Assembly: GCA_016192135.1 (NCBI GenBank)
Contig: JACPUR010000013.1
Span: 204,277 to 268,276 of the forward strand
DNA: 64,000 nucleotides
Origin: Candidatus Tectimicrobiota bacterium
Lineage (GTDB): Bacteria > UBA8248
Reading direction: 5' to 3'
The notes below the pieces were generated by a model, which saw only the letters and a list, made by a program, of their open reading frames with translations, did no database searches and had not been told where the DNA came from. The translations under genes were made by a program, and so were the position numbers. Shown here piece by piece: positions 19,304-28,934 of the stretch. Numbering within the stretch: the stretch's first letter is position 1; each line of letters opens with the position of its first letter.

Positions 19304-20221
19304 CTATCTCCTCGAGATTCGCGGGTCCAGCCAAGCCACGACGATGTCGGCGACCGTGTTCGCGGCGACGATGAAAATCGCCAAGTAGAACGTCGCGGCC
19401 TGGACCACGGGAAAATCCGCGTTGTAGATGGAGGAAACCACCAGGGTGGCCACCCCCGGCCAGGCGAAGACTGTCTCCGTCACCACCGCCCCTCCCATCA
19501 GGCGGCCGAACTGGAGGCCGATGATCGTCACAACGGAGATGGCCGCGTTCCGCAAGGCGTGCCGGAAGAGCACCCCGCGCTCCAGGACGCCCTTGGACCG
19601 AGCCGTTCGGATGTAGTCCTGGTTGAGCACGTCCAGCATCCGCGAGCGGGTAAGCCGCATGATGATGGGCGCCAGGTTGAGCGACAGGGTGACGGCGGGA
19701 AGGATGAGGTGGAGGTAGGTGCCGCTTCCCGACACGGGCAGCACCTTGAGCTGCACCGCAAAGATGATGATGAGCATGATGCCGAACCAAAAGATGGGCA
19801 TGGCCTGGCCGCTCACGGCGAAGCTGGTGCAGAAGGTGTCGATCAGGGTATTCCGGCGGAAGGCCGCGAAGACACCCAGGGGGATGGCCACCGCGAGCGC
19901 GATGGCCATGCCCGCGAGGCTGAGCTCGAGGGTGGCCGGCATGCGCTCCCAGATGAGCTGAGAAGCCGGCTGGGCCATCACGAAGGAGTCGCCGAAATCC
20001 CCCTGGAGGAGCCTTCCCATGAAAAAGGCGAACTGGACGGGTAGCGGCTGGTCGAATCCCATGGCCTTGCGGAGGGTTTCGATCTCCTCCTTGGTGGATT
20101 CCGGCGGGAGCAGAACGTAGACGGGGTCGTGCGCGATCCGAAGAAGAAGGAAGGTGACCACCGCTACGCCGAGGCAGACCAGGACGGACTGCCCGATCCG
20201 GCGGATGATGAACGCCCGCAT
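19304..20221 (-). CDS. Peptide/nickel-type ABC permease (DppB/OppB-like)
   Basis: 305 aa. Begins MRAFIIRRIGQSVLVCLGVAVVTFLL. Confidence 0.85.
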   Translation of the reverse strand: MRAFIIRRIGQSVLVCLGVAVVTFLLLRIAHDPVYVLLPPESTKEEIETLRKAMGFDQPLPVQFAFFMGRLLQGDFGDSFVMAQPASQLIWERMPATLELSLAGMAIALAVAIPLGVFAAFRRNTLIDTFCTSFAVSGQAMPIFWFGIMLIIIFAVQLKVLPVSGSGTYLHLILPAVTLSLNLAPIIMRLTRSRMLDVLNQDYIRTARSKGVLERGVLFRHALRNAAISVVTIIGLQFGRLMGGAVVTETVFAWPGVATLVVSSIYNADFPVVQAATFYLAIFIVAANTVADIVVAWLDPRISRR

Positions 20222-20317
20222 GAGCGCCTCCCCGGCCTTACGGCCCCGCCGATGGAGAGCTCCGCCGGACGCCGGAGCGCGCCCGACGGGGATATGATCG
20301 GCCCAGCCGCGAACCGG

Positions 20318-21865
20318 CTACTTTTTCCACTTGGCCTCGTAGAGGCGCAGGATCTCGTCCCCCGCGGGCTCGAACTCCAGGTCCTTGTTCACACCCACGA
20401 TTTCGTGCTGGCCGTACATGGGCACCGCCAGCATCTCGTCCAGGATGATCTTCTGGGCGCGCGCGTAGATCTGCTTCCGCCGCTCGGCGTCGACCGTGGA
20501 AACTCCGGCGTCGATCTCCTTGTCAAGCGCGGGCACCTTGGCGTAGCTCAAGGGGTCCTTCGAATGAAAGATGGGAAGAAGTATCTGATGGGCGTCGAAG
20601 ATCGATCGGCTGCCCCAACTGGCGAGCGTGAGGTCCCCGCGCTTCCCGCCCGTTCCCATCTTGGTATAGACCCCGACGTTGTCGAAGTGGAATATCTTGG
20701 TCTCAATGCCGACCTGCTTCAGGTCCGCCAGGATCGCCTCGGCCACCTGCCGCTCCGCCATGACAGAGCCGCTGTAGGTGTGCAGGGTGACAGAAAAACC
20801 GTTGGGGTAGCCCGCCTCGGCGAGGAGTTTCTTGGCCAGGGCGGGGTCGTGCTTGGGCGGTTTCGCCGAGTCGTCGTAACCGAAGGCCAGTGGGCTGATC
20901 CCCGTGGCGCTGCGCATGGCCCGGCCCTGGAGGATGTGCTTGATGATGGCGTCCACGTTCACGGCGTGGGCGATGGCCCGGCGGACCCGCAGGTCCCGCA
21001 GCGCCTTGTGCGATCGGGAGTCCCGGCCCGCCTGATCGATCTGGAGATAGACCACCCGGAGGACGGGCGCCGACTTCACCACGGCCGTCCCCGACTTGTT
21101 GATGAACTCCGCCTGGTCGGGGGGGACCTGCCGGATGACGTGGACGCCTCCCCTAAGGAGCTCGGCTATCTGGGTGGCGGATTCCTTGATGGGCCGGATC
21201 ACCAGGTTCTTGATCGCCGGCTTCTCGCCCCAATAGTCGTCGTTGCGGACCAGGACGAGGCTCACCCCCTTCTTCCAGCTGACGAACTTGTAGGGGCCCG
21301 TCCCGATGGCCCGGGCGGCCATCCCCGACTTGCCCGCCTTCTTCGCGTGTTCGGGAGGAACGGGCAGGATGGCGGTCAGCAATTCTTCGACGAGAGGGAA
21401 AGGCTTTTTCGTGAGGATGTGGACCGTGTAGGGCTCCTTGACGACCACTTCCGAGACCCAGGTGGCATTCCCGCGATTGAGGAATTTGTTCGCGGGGTCT
21501 TTCATGGAGTCAATGGTGTATTTGACGGCCTCGGCGTTGAAGGGCTCGCCGTTGTGGAACTTCACGCCCCGGCGGAGCTTGACCTCCCAAGTAAGCTCGT
21601 CCACGGGCTTCACCGAGAGGGCCAGGGCCGGCTTCACCTTCCCCGTCCTCGAGTCGCGCCGCAGGATGGGATCATAGACGTGCCAGTCCTTGATGATGCC
21701 CACGCGGGCCCGGTGGTCGCGCGGATCCATCGTGGGCTGCGGCGAGCCCAGCGCCATGACGACGGTGTCGTCGCTCTTGGCCGCCTGGGAGGCCCCGGGC
21801 CAGCCGGCAAGCAAGAGAGCGAGCGCCGCGAGGGCCGGCGCGCATCCTGCCGCAAATCGTCTCAT
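20318..21865 (-). CDS. Family-5 substrate-binding protein (DppA/OppA-like)
   Basis: Start at MRRFAAGCAPALAALALLLAGWPGASQA (plus-strand CAT at 21863-21865). The track ORF extends 86 codons further upstream to 22123. Confidence 0.8.
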   Translation of the reverse strand: MRRFAAGCAPALAALALLLAGWPGASQAAKSDDTVVMALGSPQPTMDPRDHRARVGIIKDWHVYDPILRRDSRTGKVKPALALSVKPVDELTWEVKLRRGVKFHNGEPFNAEAVKYTIDSMKDPANKFLNRGNATWVSEVVVKEPYTVHILTKKPFPLVEELLTAILPVPPEHAKKAGKSGMAARAIGTGPYKFVSWKKGVSLVLVRNDDYWGEKPAIKNLVIRPIKESATQIAELLRGGVHVIRQVPPDQAEFINKSGTAVVKSAPVLRVVYLQIDQAGRDSRSHKALRDLRVRRAIAHAVNVDAIIKHILQGRAMRSATGISPLAFGYDDSAKPPKHDPALAKKLLAEAGYPNGFSVTLHTYSGSVMAERQVAEAILADLKQVGIETKIFHFDNVGVYTKMGTGGKRGDLTLASWGSRSIFDAHQILLPIFHSKDPLSYAKVPALDKEIDAGVSTVDAERRKQIYARAQKIILDEMLAVPMYGQHEIVGVNKDLEFEPAGDEILRLYEAKWKK

Positions 21866-22219
21866 GTCGGATTCTCCCCTGATGAGGCTCGTGGATGGGT
21901 CCGGGGCTCCCTTGCCGCTCTCCGCGCAAGGGGCAATCTCATTTTTTCGAGGATTCAAGAGAATTGTATACCAAGCGGAGCGAAAAAGCGTGTCCCCTAA
22001 AAGCGGCGGCCCGCCTGGCCGGCCAAAAGAAAACAGGTCGCGGCCACATCTGCAATTCTTTGATTTCGCTTCGTAAAGGACCTTGCTCAGCCAGCGGTAC
22101 CTGCGCCGGGCTCCTTCCCGCAACCGCCGCCGGCAGGAGATTCATGCAGGGACCCCGCTTCGTCAGCCTTTATCTGGCAGAGAACAATCTTTCCGGAAGG
22201 ACGGCGCATGCGGTTCCAG

Positions 22220-22280
22220 TGACCGCGCGAAACGGAAACAGTCCGGCCGCCGCCTCGCTTCAAGGGGAGGCGGCGGCCGG
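22220..22280 (-). terminator. Candidate stem-loop or terminator: perfect 14-bp GC stem with a 10-nt loop
   Basis: ccggccgccgcctc (22243-22256), gcttcaaggg loop, gaggcggcggccgg (22267-22280). On the minus-strand RNA it is followed by a U-rich cuguuuccguuucg, about 210 nt downstream of the citE-like stop. This is not a canonical uninterrupted U-tract. Confidence 0.3.
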
Positions 22281-22491
22281 CGGAAAGGCGCTGCCGGATA
22301 GCTGGTGGCTCAAACGGGCATCCGCCTCACAGCTTTGAAACCCCAGCATGCATTGCGGCGGGACGCCCGGGCCGTCCAGAACACGGGCGACATCCATCAG
22401 CGAGATGTCGCGGGCGGAACACGCCAAGGCGAACCTCTGCCATAAGAGGGAATCAGACCGGGGGAAATTGCACGGCCCCAGATAAGGGACT

Positions 22492-23343
22492 CTAGGAGGA
22501 AAGCAACTCCCTCGCGTTCTTATACATGGCGTAATCGACCAGCTTGCCTTCAAAGGAAATGGCGGCCAAGCCTCTCGACTCGGCTTCCTCGAAGGCCGCG
22601 ACAAGCCTTCTGCTGTATTCGAGTTCCTCGGGCTTGGGCGCATAAATCCCGCGGGCGATGGAGATGTGACGGGGGTGAATGAGAGGACGGCCATCGTAGC
22701 CGAGGCGCCTGGAGAGGATGCAATCGGCCTTCAGGGCCTCGTCATTTTGGATATCGCTGAAAACCCCGTCCAGCACATACTTGACCCCGGCGGCCCTGGC
22801 CTCAAGAACCACCTTGGAGCGCGCATAGAGCATCTCCGTCCCTTCAAGGGACCAGGCGCATTTGAGACTGCGCTGCAAATCGGCCCCCTCGGCGCCTCCG
22901 AAGACGACGCTCTCGACCCGCTTCGCCGCGGTTGCCACCTCAAAGCACCGCAGAACGGAGAGCGCCGTCTCCATCAGGAGCATCAGCTTTACGGAATTGG
23001 GCTCGAGATTCCTCTCCCGTTCGAGGCTTCCGATAATGCCGTCGGCCTTCTTTACCAAGTCCACGCTGTCCGGCTTGGGAAGCGTGATGCCGCATATATG
23101 CCTGGAAACAACCGCCTTGAGATCATCCTCCAGGAATTCGGGCTCGCCGTTCACCCTTACGAAGGATTGTACATTCAGGGCGGGGATGAGCTTTGCCACC
23201 TCGTGCCGGGTCTTTTCTTTCAGATGGACGGGCACGGCGTCCTCTAGGTCGATGATGATGGCGTCGGGATCATACTTGTATGCCTTTTCGACAAGGTCCG
23301 GTCTGTTGCCGGGCGTGTAGAGGGTTACGAGCGGCTTTCTCAT
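22492..23343 (-). CDS. HpcH/HpaI aldolase / citrate-lyase beta-subunit-like (CitE-like) acyl-CoA lyase
   Basis: 283 aa. Contains DAIIIDLEDAV, a Mg-binding E/D pattern, and LMETA. Confidence 0.8.
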   Translation of the reverse strand: MRKPLVTLYTPGNRPDLVEKAYKYDPDAIIIDLEDAVPVHLKEKTRHEVAKLIPALNVQSFVRVNGEPEFLEDDLKAVVSRHICGITLPKPDSVDLVKKADGIIGSLERERNLEPNSVKLMLLMETALSVLRCFEVATAAKRVESVVFGGAEGADLQRSLKCAWSLEGTEMLYARSKVVLEARAAGVKYVLDGVFSDIQNDEALKADCILSRRLGYDGRPLIHPRHISIARGIYAPKPEELEYSRRLVAAFEEAESRGLAAISFEGKLVDYAMYKNARELLSS

Positions 23344-23401
23344 TTCCTCCCCCCGCAGAATCCGATTGTCGGAATTCCGGGCATCCAGGCGGTCCTTCCT
23401 T

Positions 23402-25267
23402 TCAGGAACTCTTCACCTCCAGGCTGGGCCTCTGCGCCAATCGTATCCGCCACTCAAAGCCCACCGCGAGGACAAAAAACGCCATCCCGACGAGACGGAT
23501 CCCCGTCGCCGGAAATATCAGAAGCGCGGCTAACACCACGCAAAATGCCCTTTCCCACGGCTGGAGCGGCCGGTGCGTGTGCCCCTCCGCCGCCGCCGCA
23601 AAGGCATACAGGCTGCAGGCAATGGCCAGGCCGGCGAAGAGGATCTCGGTGAGGGTCCCATTGATGATCGTTCCATACGCCATCAGAACCGGTATCACAT
23701 AGAGCCCGATACCAAGCCTCACCGCATACCATCCGATTCGGCTGGCGCTCGCGCCGGCGATACCGCTCGCCACGAATGCGCCGACGGCGACCGGCGGGGT
23801 CCAGAGAGCGGCCAAGCTGTACCACATGATGATCAGATGCGCATTGAAGAGAGGAAGCCCAAGCTCGACCAGCCCTGGCACCGCGATAACCGCCAGGATG
23901 ATGTATGCCGCAATCATGGGGATACCCATGCCGAAGACATATGAGGTGATGATCATCAAGAAGAGCATCGCCAGGAGATTCCCCTGGGAGAGCATCACCG
24001 CGAAGGAGGCCACCTTGAGGGGGAGGCCGGGCAATACCAGCATGGACACGATGACTCCGATGGCCCCCGCGCTGGCCCCGACCGAAAGCTGTAGCTTGGC
24101 GCCATCGCCGAAGGTGAGAAAGGTCTCGGTCAGATTCATCCTGTCCGTGCCATAGGGCCGGATGAAATGCAGGAGGATGGTGGCGGCGATGGCCCAGAGC
24201 GCAGCCCTGTAGGGGCTCAGCCCCCCGAAGATCAGGATGAAGACCAGAGCGATGGGGATCAGCATGTGCCATCCCTTTCGCATGACCTCTGCCATCGGCG
24301 CCGCGTCCCTCACTTCGGGGATTCCCAGCTTGTGCGAGAGGAAATGAACCTGAATATAGATGCCCCAGTAGAAAAGCAGGGCGGGCAGGAAGGAATAGAG
24401 GGCGACCTTGCCATAGGGTATTTCGGTGAAGGAGGCCAGCACGAAGGCGGCCGACCCCATGATGGGCGGCATGAGCACGCCGCCCGCCGATGCCACGGTC
24501 TCAATCGCCCCCGCCACATGGGCGGGATATCCCACCTTCTTCATCACGGGTATCGTGAAGGAGCCGGTTACGGCGACGTTGGCCGCCCCGCTTCCCATGA
24601 TCATCCCCACCGCTCCGCTCGAAACCACAGCGGTCTTGGCGGCTCCCCCCTTGAGACGGCCGACAAGCGTGTTGGACAGTTCAAGGAGAAAGGCGCTCAT
24701 GCCGCAGGCTTGAATGACCGCTCCGAATATCACAAAAAGCATTACATAGGTGGCGTAGACGCCGGTGATGCTCCCATAAATCCCGTCGAAGCTGAAGATC
24801 TGGCCGATGGCGCGGGCATAAGTGAACCCGCGGTGCCCGAGCGCCCCCGGGATCACGAACCCCCAAAGCACATATGCCAATCCCGCGACCGACAGGATAG
24901 GGAGCGATAGGCCCAACACCCGGCGGCACGCCTCGATGCTCAGGACGAGGGCGACCGTGCCCATCACCATATCCTTCGGCCGCATCAGTCCCGGCTTCTC
25001 GATGTAGTATTCATATTCCATGAAAAAGAATACGGTCATGACAAGAGTCAGCGCGCCGAGAAAAACGTCGACGGCCGAAATCCGGCTCCTAGGGGAGGTC
25101 GCCGAGGCGGGGTAAAGGGAGAACACGAGGATATAGCAGAGGCAGATGTAAATCGGGCGCGTGACATAGAAAGGAAGAGTGACCGCGGTCGCGTACACGA
25201 AAAAGAGCGCGAATCCCGCCGCGGTCAGATTAACAAAAGAACGCTCAAAGCCTTGAAGTTGCCGCAT
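23402..25267 (-). CDS. TRAP transporter fused permease (TAXI-type DctQ-DctM fusion)
   Basis: 621 aa, at least 16 hydrophobic helices. A paralog lies at 30143..32182. Confidence 0.8.
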   Translation of the reverse strand: MRQLQGFERSFVNLTAAGFALFFVYATAVTLPFYVTRPIYICLCYILVFSLYPASATSPRSRISAVDVFLGALTLVMTVFFFMEYEYYIEKPGLMRPKDMVMGTVALVLSIEACRRVLGLSLPILSVAGLAYVLWGFVIPGALGHRGFTYARAIGQIFSFDGIYGSITGVYATYVMLFVIFGAVIQACGMSAFLLELSNTLVGRLKGGAAKTAVVSSGAVGMIMGSGAANVAVTGSFTIPVMKKVGYPAHVAGAIETVASAGGVLMPPIMGSAAFVLASFTEIPYGKVALYSFLPALLFYWGIYIQVHFLSHKLGIPEVRDAAPMAEVMRKGWHMLIPIALVFILIFGGLSPYRAALWAIAATILLHFIRPYGTDRMNLTETFLTFGDGAKLQLSVGASAGAIGVIVSMLVLPGLPLKVASFAVMLSQGNLLAMLFLMIITSYVFGMGIPMIAAYIILAVIAVPGLVELGLPLFNAHLIIMWYSLAALWTPPVAVGAFVASGIAGASASRIGWYAVRLGIGLYVIPVLMAYGTIINGTLTEILFAGLAIACSLYAFAAAAEGHTHRPLQPWERAFCVVLAALLIFPATGIRLVGMAFFVLAVGFEWRIRLAQRPSLEVKSS

Positions 25268-25356
25268 CCCCTATGGCCCGCCCTCCTTCGGCGGCGTACC
25301 CCGCGAACGAAATCCGCTGACATTCCGTCAGTCCAGCCTTGCATCCTTTTTCGCGT

Positions 25357-26343
25357 TCAGGGCAATAGCGCAGAAGGGATACTCACCCCCTTCTCCTTCC
25401 AGTACCTCACGGCCCCGGGGTGCAGCTTCAGGCCTTCGAGGGCGAAGGCCCCTTTTTCCTCGATGTAGGTCTTGGTGTTCCACATGTTCCAAAGCCTGTG
25501 ATTCCGCTTGAGATATGTGACCCCTTCGGGGCTCAGGTTGACCTTCAGCAGCTCGTGGACCGCCTCCTCCGGCACTCCCTTGTGGGCGACGATGTAGCCC
25601 AGGTAGCCGAGCACCGGCACGTCTTTCTTGAGCCAATCGTAGGCGCCGGCGGGAATCGTATCGAGGAAAACGGGGGCCAATTTCTGGATTTTCTTGAGAC
25701 GTTCCATGTCGAGAGGAAGGATGTTGATTTTCTTCTGGGCGCCGGCCTGCATGACCGCGGGGTAGGGCGCCGGGCCTCCCATGAATGCATCAACCTGGCC
25801 GTCGACGAACGCCCGGCTGCTCTCCTCGTAGGAGAGACGGAGGATCTTGACCTTGCTCCTGACTTCGTAGGCGTCCAGGATGAGCAGCCCCAGGTCGGCA
25901 ATCGCGCTGCCCGGAGGCCCAATGCTCACCGTCTTCCCCGCCAGTTCGGGGACAGAGTTGATCCCCTCTCTCGCGTTCCAGCTCACGTTCGTGCCATGGG
26001 TCACGGCCACTCCGCGCAGGTCCTTGTAAGGAGACTCGCCTTTGTAGGGCCCCAGGCCGCGGAAGGCCTGGAAGATCTGTATTCCGCCCGTGAACGCAAG
26101 ATGGCTCTCGCCGCGCCCGACGAGCCTGATGTTCTCGACAAATCCGGCCGAGGTTTCGGCGGTGATCCGCAGCAGCTTCGTCTTGGTATTCGTATTCTCG
26201 GCAACGCCCGCCGCCAGCGTATAGGCAAGCGAGGCGGGGCCCGCGCCTGCCAGCCCGATTTCGAATTTCGCCGCGAAGGCGATTGTGGCCGCGGTCAACA
26301 GCATGACGGAAAAAATAACGGTTCCGATTCCCACTCTCTTCAT
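25357..26343 (-). CDS. TAXI-family TRAP solute receptor
   Basis: 328 aa with a signal peptide. TAXI-like pattern and a paralog of 32243..33241. Confidence 0.8.
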   Translation of the reverse strand: MKRVGIGTVIFSVMLLTAATIAFAAKFEIGLAGAGPASLAYTLAAGVAENTNTKTKLLRITAETSAGFVENIRLVGRGESHLAFTGGIQIFQAFRGLGPYKGESPYKDLRGVAVTHGTNVSWNAREGINSVPELAGKTVSIGPPGSAIADLGLLILDAYEVRSKVKILRLSYEESSRAFVDGQVDAFMGGPAPYPAVMQAGAQKKINILPLDMERLKKIQKLAPVFLDTIPAGAYDWLKKDVPVLGYLGYIVAHKGVPEEAVHELLKVNLSPEGVTYLKRNHRLWNMWNTKTYIEEKGAFALEGLKLHPGAVRYWKEKGVSIPSALLP

Positions 26344-26401
26344 TTCGGCTTCTCCTTCCCGGATGCGGTGGCTGTCCGTTGCGAAGACGGGCCCGGCCGA
26401 G

Positions 26402-27616
26402 TCAAATGATCCCTTCTGCCGCCAAATCGGTCATGTCGAGCTCGGAAAGGCCCAAATGCTTCTTGAAAATTTCATCGTTGTCGGCACCCATGCGTTTTCC
26501 CGCATGGCTCACGGATCCGGGAGTGAGCGTCATCTTGGGAAAGACGCCTTCCATCATCAGCGATTCCTTGTCTTCGTCCGGAACATGAATCACCATCTCC
26601 CTGGCCTTCGCATGGGGGTCTTTGATGATGTCGCGGATGTCATAGATCGGCGCCACGGGGATCTCGCTCTTCCTAAGCAGTCCGACGGTCTGATCCAGCG
26701 TATGCTCCGCCATCCATTTCCCGACGATCGCGTCGAGCGCGTCGACGTTCTTCACCCTGTTCATGTTCGTACTGAAGCGATGATCCCGGATGAGCTCCGG
26801 CTGGCCCATAACGGCGAAAAATTTTGTGGCCATCGTCTGGGTCGAGGCCGCGAGAGCCACCCAGCGTCCGTCCTTCGTCCTGTAGGTGTTCCTCGGGGCG
26901 CTCGCGGCCCTGTTGCCGATGCGCTTCGGGGGCTCCCCGGTGAGTTCATACGCGAGCGCATTTGGCCCCACCATCGCGTAAAGGCTCTCCCAGATGCTCA
27001 CATCGATGACCTGGCCCACCCCGGTGCCGACGACGTCGCGGTAATGGACGGCGAACATCGCCGCCAGGGCGCCATGGAACGCGGCAAAGCTGTCGGCGAG
27101 GGCGAATTGAGGAAGGACGGGAGGGCCATCCGGCTCTCCCGTCATCGCGGCGAAGCCGCTCATCGCCTCCATGAGGGTGCCGAAGCCGGGGAAGCTGCTG
27201 TAGGGACCGTACTGGCCGTAGCCCGTCACCCGCACCATGATGAGACGGGGATTGATCCGGGAGAGGTCCTCGTAGCGTATGCCCCATTCCTCGAGCCGGC
27301 CCGGCCTGAAATTCTCGATGAAGATGTCCGCGTCCCGGAGCAGGCGGACGAGAAGCTCGCGCCCTTTCGGCTTGGAGATGTCGAGGGTGATGAACTTCTT
27401 GTTCCGATCGTAGCATTTCCAGAAGGGATTGATCCCATCGACGGAGAAGCCGAACTGCCTCAGGTGGTCGCCCGTCTTTGGGTGTTCCACGTGGATGACT
27501 TCCGCGCCGAAGTCGGCCATGAGCCGGCCGCACAGGGGCGCGGCTATGACCGTCGCGCATTCCACCACCTTCAGGCCCTGAAGGGCGTTGGGCTTCACAC
27601 CATTGTCCGGGATCAT
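26402..27616 (-). CDS. Family-III CoA-transferase (CaiB/BaiF/Frc family)
   Basis: Start at MIPDNGVKPNALQGLKVVECATVIAAPLCGRLMADFGAEVIHVEHP (plus-strand CAT at 27614-27616). A conserved Asp lies in ALADSFAAFHG. Confidence 0.85.
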   Translation of the reverse strand: MIPDNGVKPNALQGLKVVECATVIAAPLCGRLMADFGAEVIHVEHPKTGDHLRQFGFSVDGINPFWKCYDRNKKFITLDISKPKGRELLVRLLRDADIFIENFRPGRLEEWGIRYEDLSRINPRLIMVRVTGYGQYGPYSSFPGFGTLMEAMSGFAAMTGEPDGPPVLPQFALADSFAAFHGALAAMFAVHYRDVVGTGVGQVIDVSIWESLYAMVGPNALAYELTGEPPKRIGNRAASAPRNTYRTKDGRWVALAASTQTMATKFFAVMGQPELIRDHRFSTNMNRVKNVDALDAIVGKWMAEHTLDQTVGLLRKSEIPVAPIYDIRDIIKDPHAKAREMVIHVPDEDKESLMMEGVFPKMTLTPGSVSHAGKRMGADNDEIFKKHLGLSELDMTDLAAEGII

Positions 27617-27679
27617 CCGCGCCTCTCGCCGTGAGTGCCAAAACCGCCGATTGCCGGCGCCATCGCCCGAGCCCACGCC

Positions 27680-28879
27680 TCAACGGACGACGCATATCTC
27701 CGCAAGCGGGTACCTGTGCAGGTTTTCAATGCCGCTGTCGCTGACGACGGATGTGTCGCCGATCCAGATCCCCGCCGTCTCCGCCTCGTTCACCGGCCAT
27801 GCGACCACATTCACGCAGTGGTTTCTCTCGAAGACGAAGTCGGGGTCGGTGACGGTGTCGCCGGACGCGCGGATGTCCGGAGGAGAGTTGTAGTTCGACC
27901 ATCCGAAGATGCACGTCTTCGGCGTGTAGCCGCCTTTCCGGATGGCGTCGATGCACGGCCGCGCGAGATCACTCCCCTTGATGCCCGGCTTAATCGCGGA
28001 GTGGAGATCCGCGTGCGTCTTCTGGCCCAACCGGAACATCGCCGCGTACTGGGGCGTCGGCTCTCCCACGAAATACGTGCCCCAGATTTTCCCGAAATAT
28101 CCCCCCCACCCGACCGCGATCTCGGTCATGATGACATCGCCCATCTGGATGGGGGTGGTCAGGGCGAGCTGATGGGCATAGATCATGTCCGGATTGCTCA
28201 TGGGGGTCCGTCCCACATGGCCGAAAGGAATCTTCCCATCCATGTCGTGAGCGGCGCGCAGCACGATGTTGTACAGGTCGCAGGGCCGCACCCCCGGGCG
28301 CGTGGCCCGGACCATGAGATCGTAGGCGGCGTCCGTCATGGCCGCCGCCCTGCGCATGTAAGCCATCTCTTCATCGCTCTTGACCAGCCTCAGCCGCTCG
28401 AACCATTCGGTCACTATCTCGAAGTCCGCCTTGGGCAGCGCTCGGGTGATCGCGATGTGATGGTCGTAGGGAAGATTGATGTTGGCCCAGTGCATCGCTC
28501 CGACGATCCCGATGCGCTTCTCGTCGAGGCCTAGCTCCTTGAGCCGATCCGCCACCCGCAGGGGAGTCTGCGCCATGCCTCCGGCGCGCACGTCCTTCAG
28601 GTGGGTGGTCTGCTTCACGTTCTTGAGGTGATTTCCCCACGTCGTGAAGACGGTCGGCTCTCCTTCGAGCGGGAACACGACGTAGGTCTGGACGAATCCG
28701 GCGAAGCTGGCGATGTAGACCACGTTCGGCTGGCCGGGGTCCGTCCCCAGGTAGCCCCCGATCCCATAGACGATGAGGCCATCGAGGCTCTTCGCCCGCA
28801 TGGCGGTCCGGATACGCTCATACCTGGCCGCGTATTCCTCCTTTGAGAACCAAGGCCAAAAGTTGTTTTGGCACTTCAT
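27680..28879 (-). CDS. M24-family metallohydrolase with creatinase-like N-terminal domain (Xaa-Pro aminopeptidase / creatinase / ectoine-hydrolase-like)
   Basis: Start at MKCQNNFWPWFSKEEYAARYERI. Pita-bread fold pattern. Confidence 0.75.
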   Translation of the reverse strand: MKCQNNFWPWFSKEEYAARYERIRTAMRAKSLDGLIVYGIGGYLGTDPGQPNVVYIASFAGFVQTYVVFPLEGEPTVFTTWGNHLKNVKQTTHLKDVRAGGMAQTPLRVADRLKELGLDEKRIGIVGAMHWANINLPYDHHIAITRALPKADFEIVTEWFERLRLVKSDEEMAYMRRAAAMTDAAYDLMVRATRPGVRPCDLYNIVLRAAHDMDGKIPFGHVGRTPMSNPDMIYAHQLALTTPIQMGDVIMTEIAVGWGGYFGKIWGTYFVGEPTPQYAAMFRLGQKTHADLHSAIKPGIKGSDLARPCIDAIRKGGYTPKTCIFGWSNYNSPPDIRASGDTVTDPDFVFERNHCVNVVAWPVNEAETAGIWIGDTSVVSDSGIENLHRYPLAEICVVR

Positions 28880-28934
28880 GACGCCTTCCTCTCGGCAATA
28901 AAGCGCCTGATGGCGCACGGGCCGATCAGCCGGA

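Noticed and set aside
21895-22338. 147-aa plus-strand ORF (and 22083..22301) in the 626-bp intergenic gap
   Set aside because: Poor codon bias, no RBS, no similarity to anything I recognise. The region is better explained as regulatory or terminator DNA.
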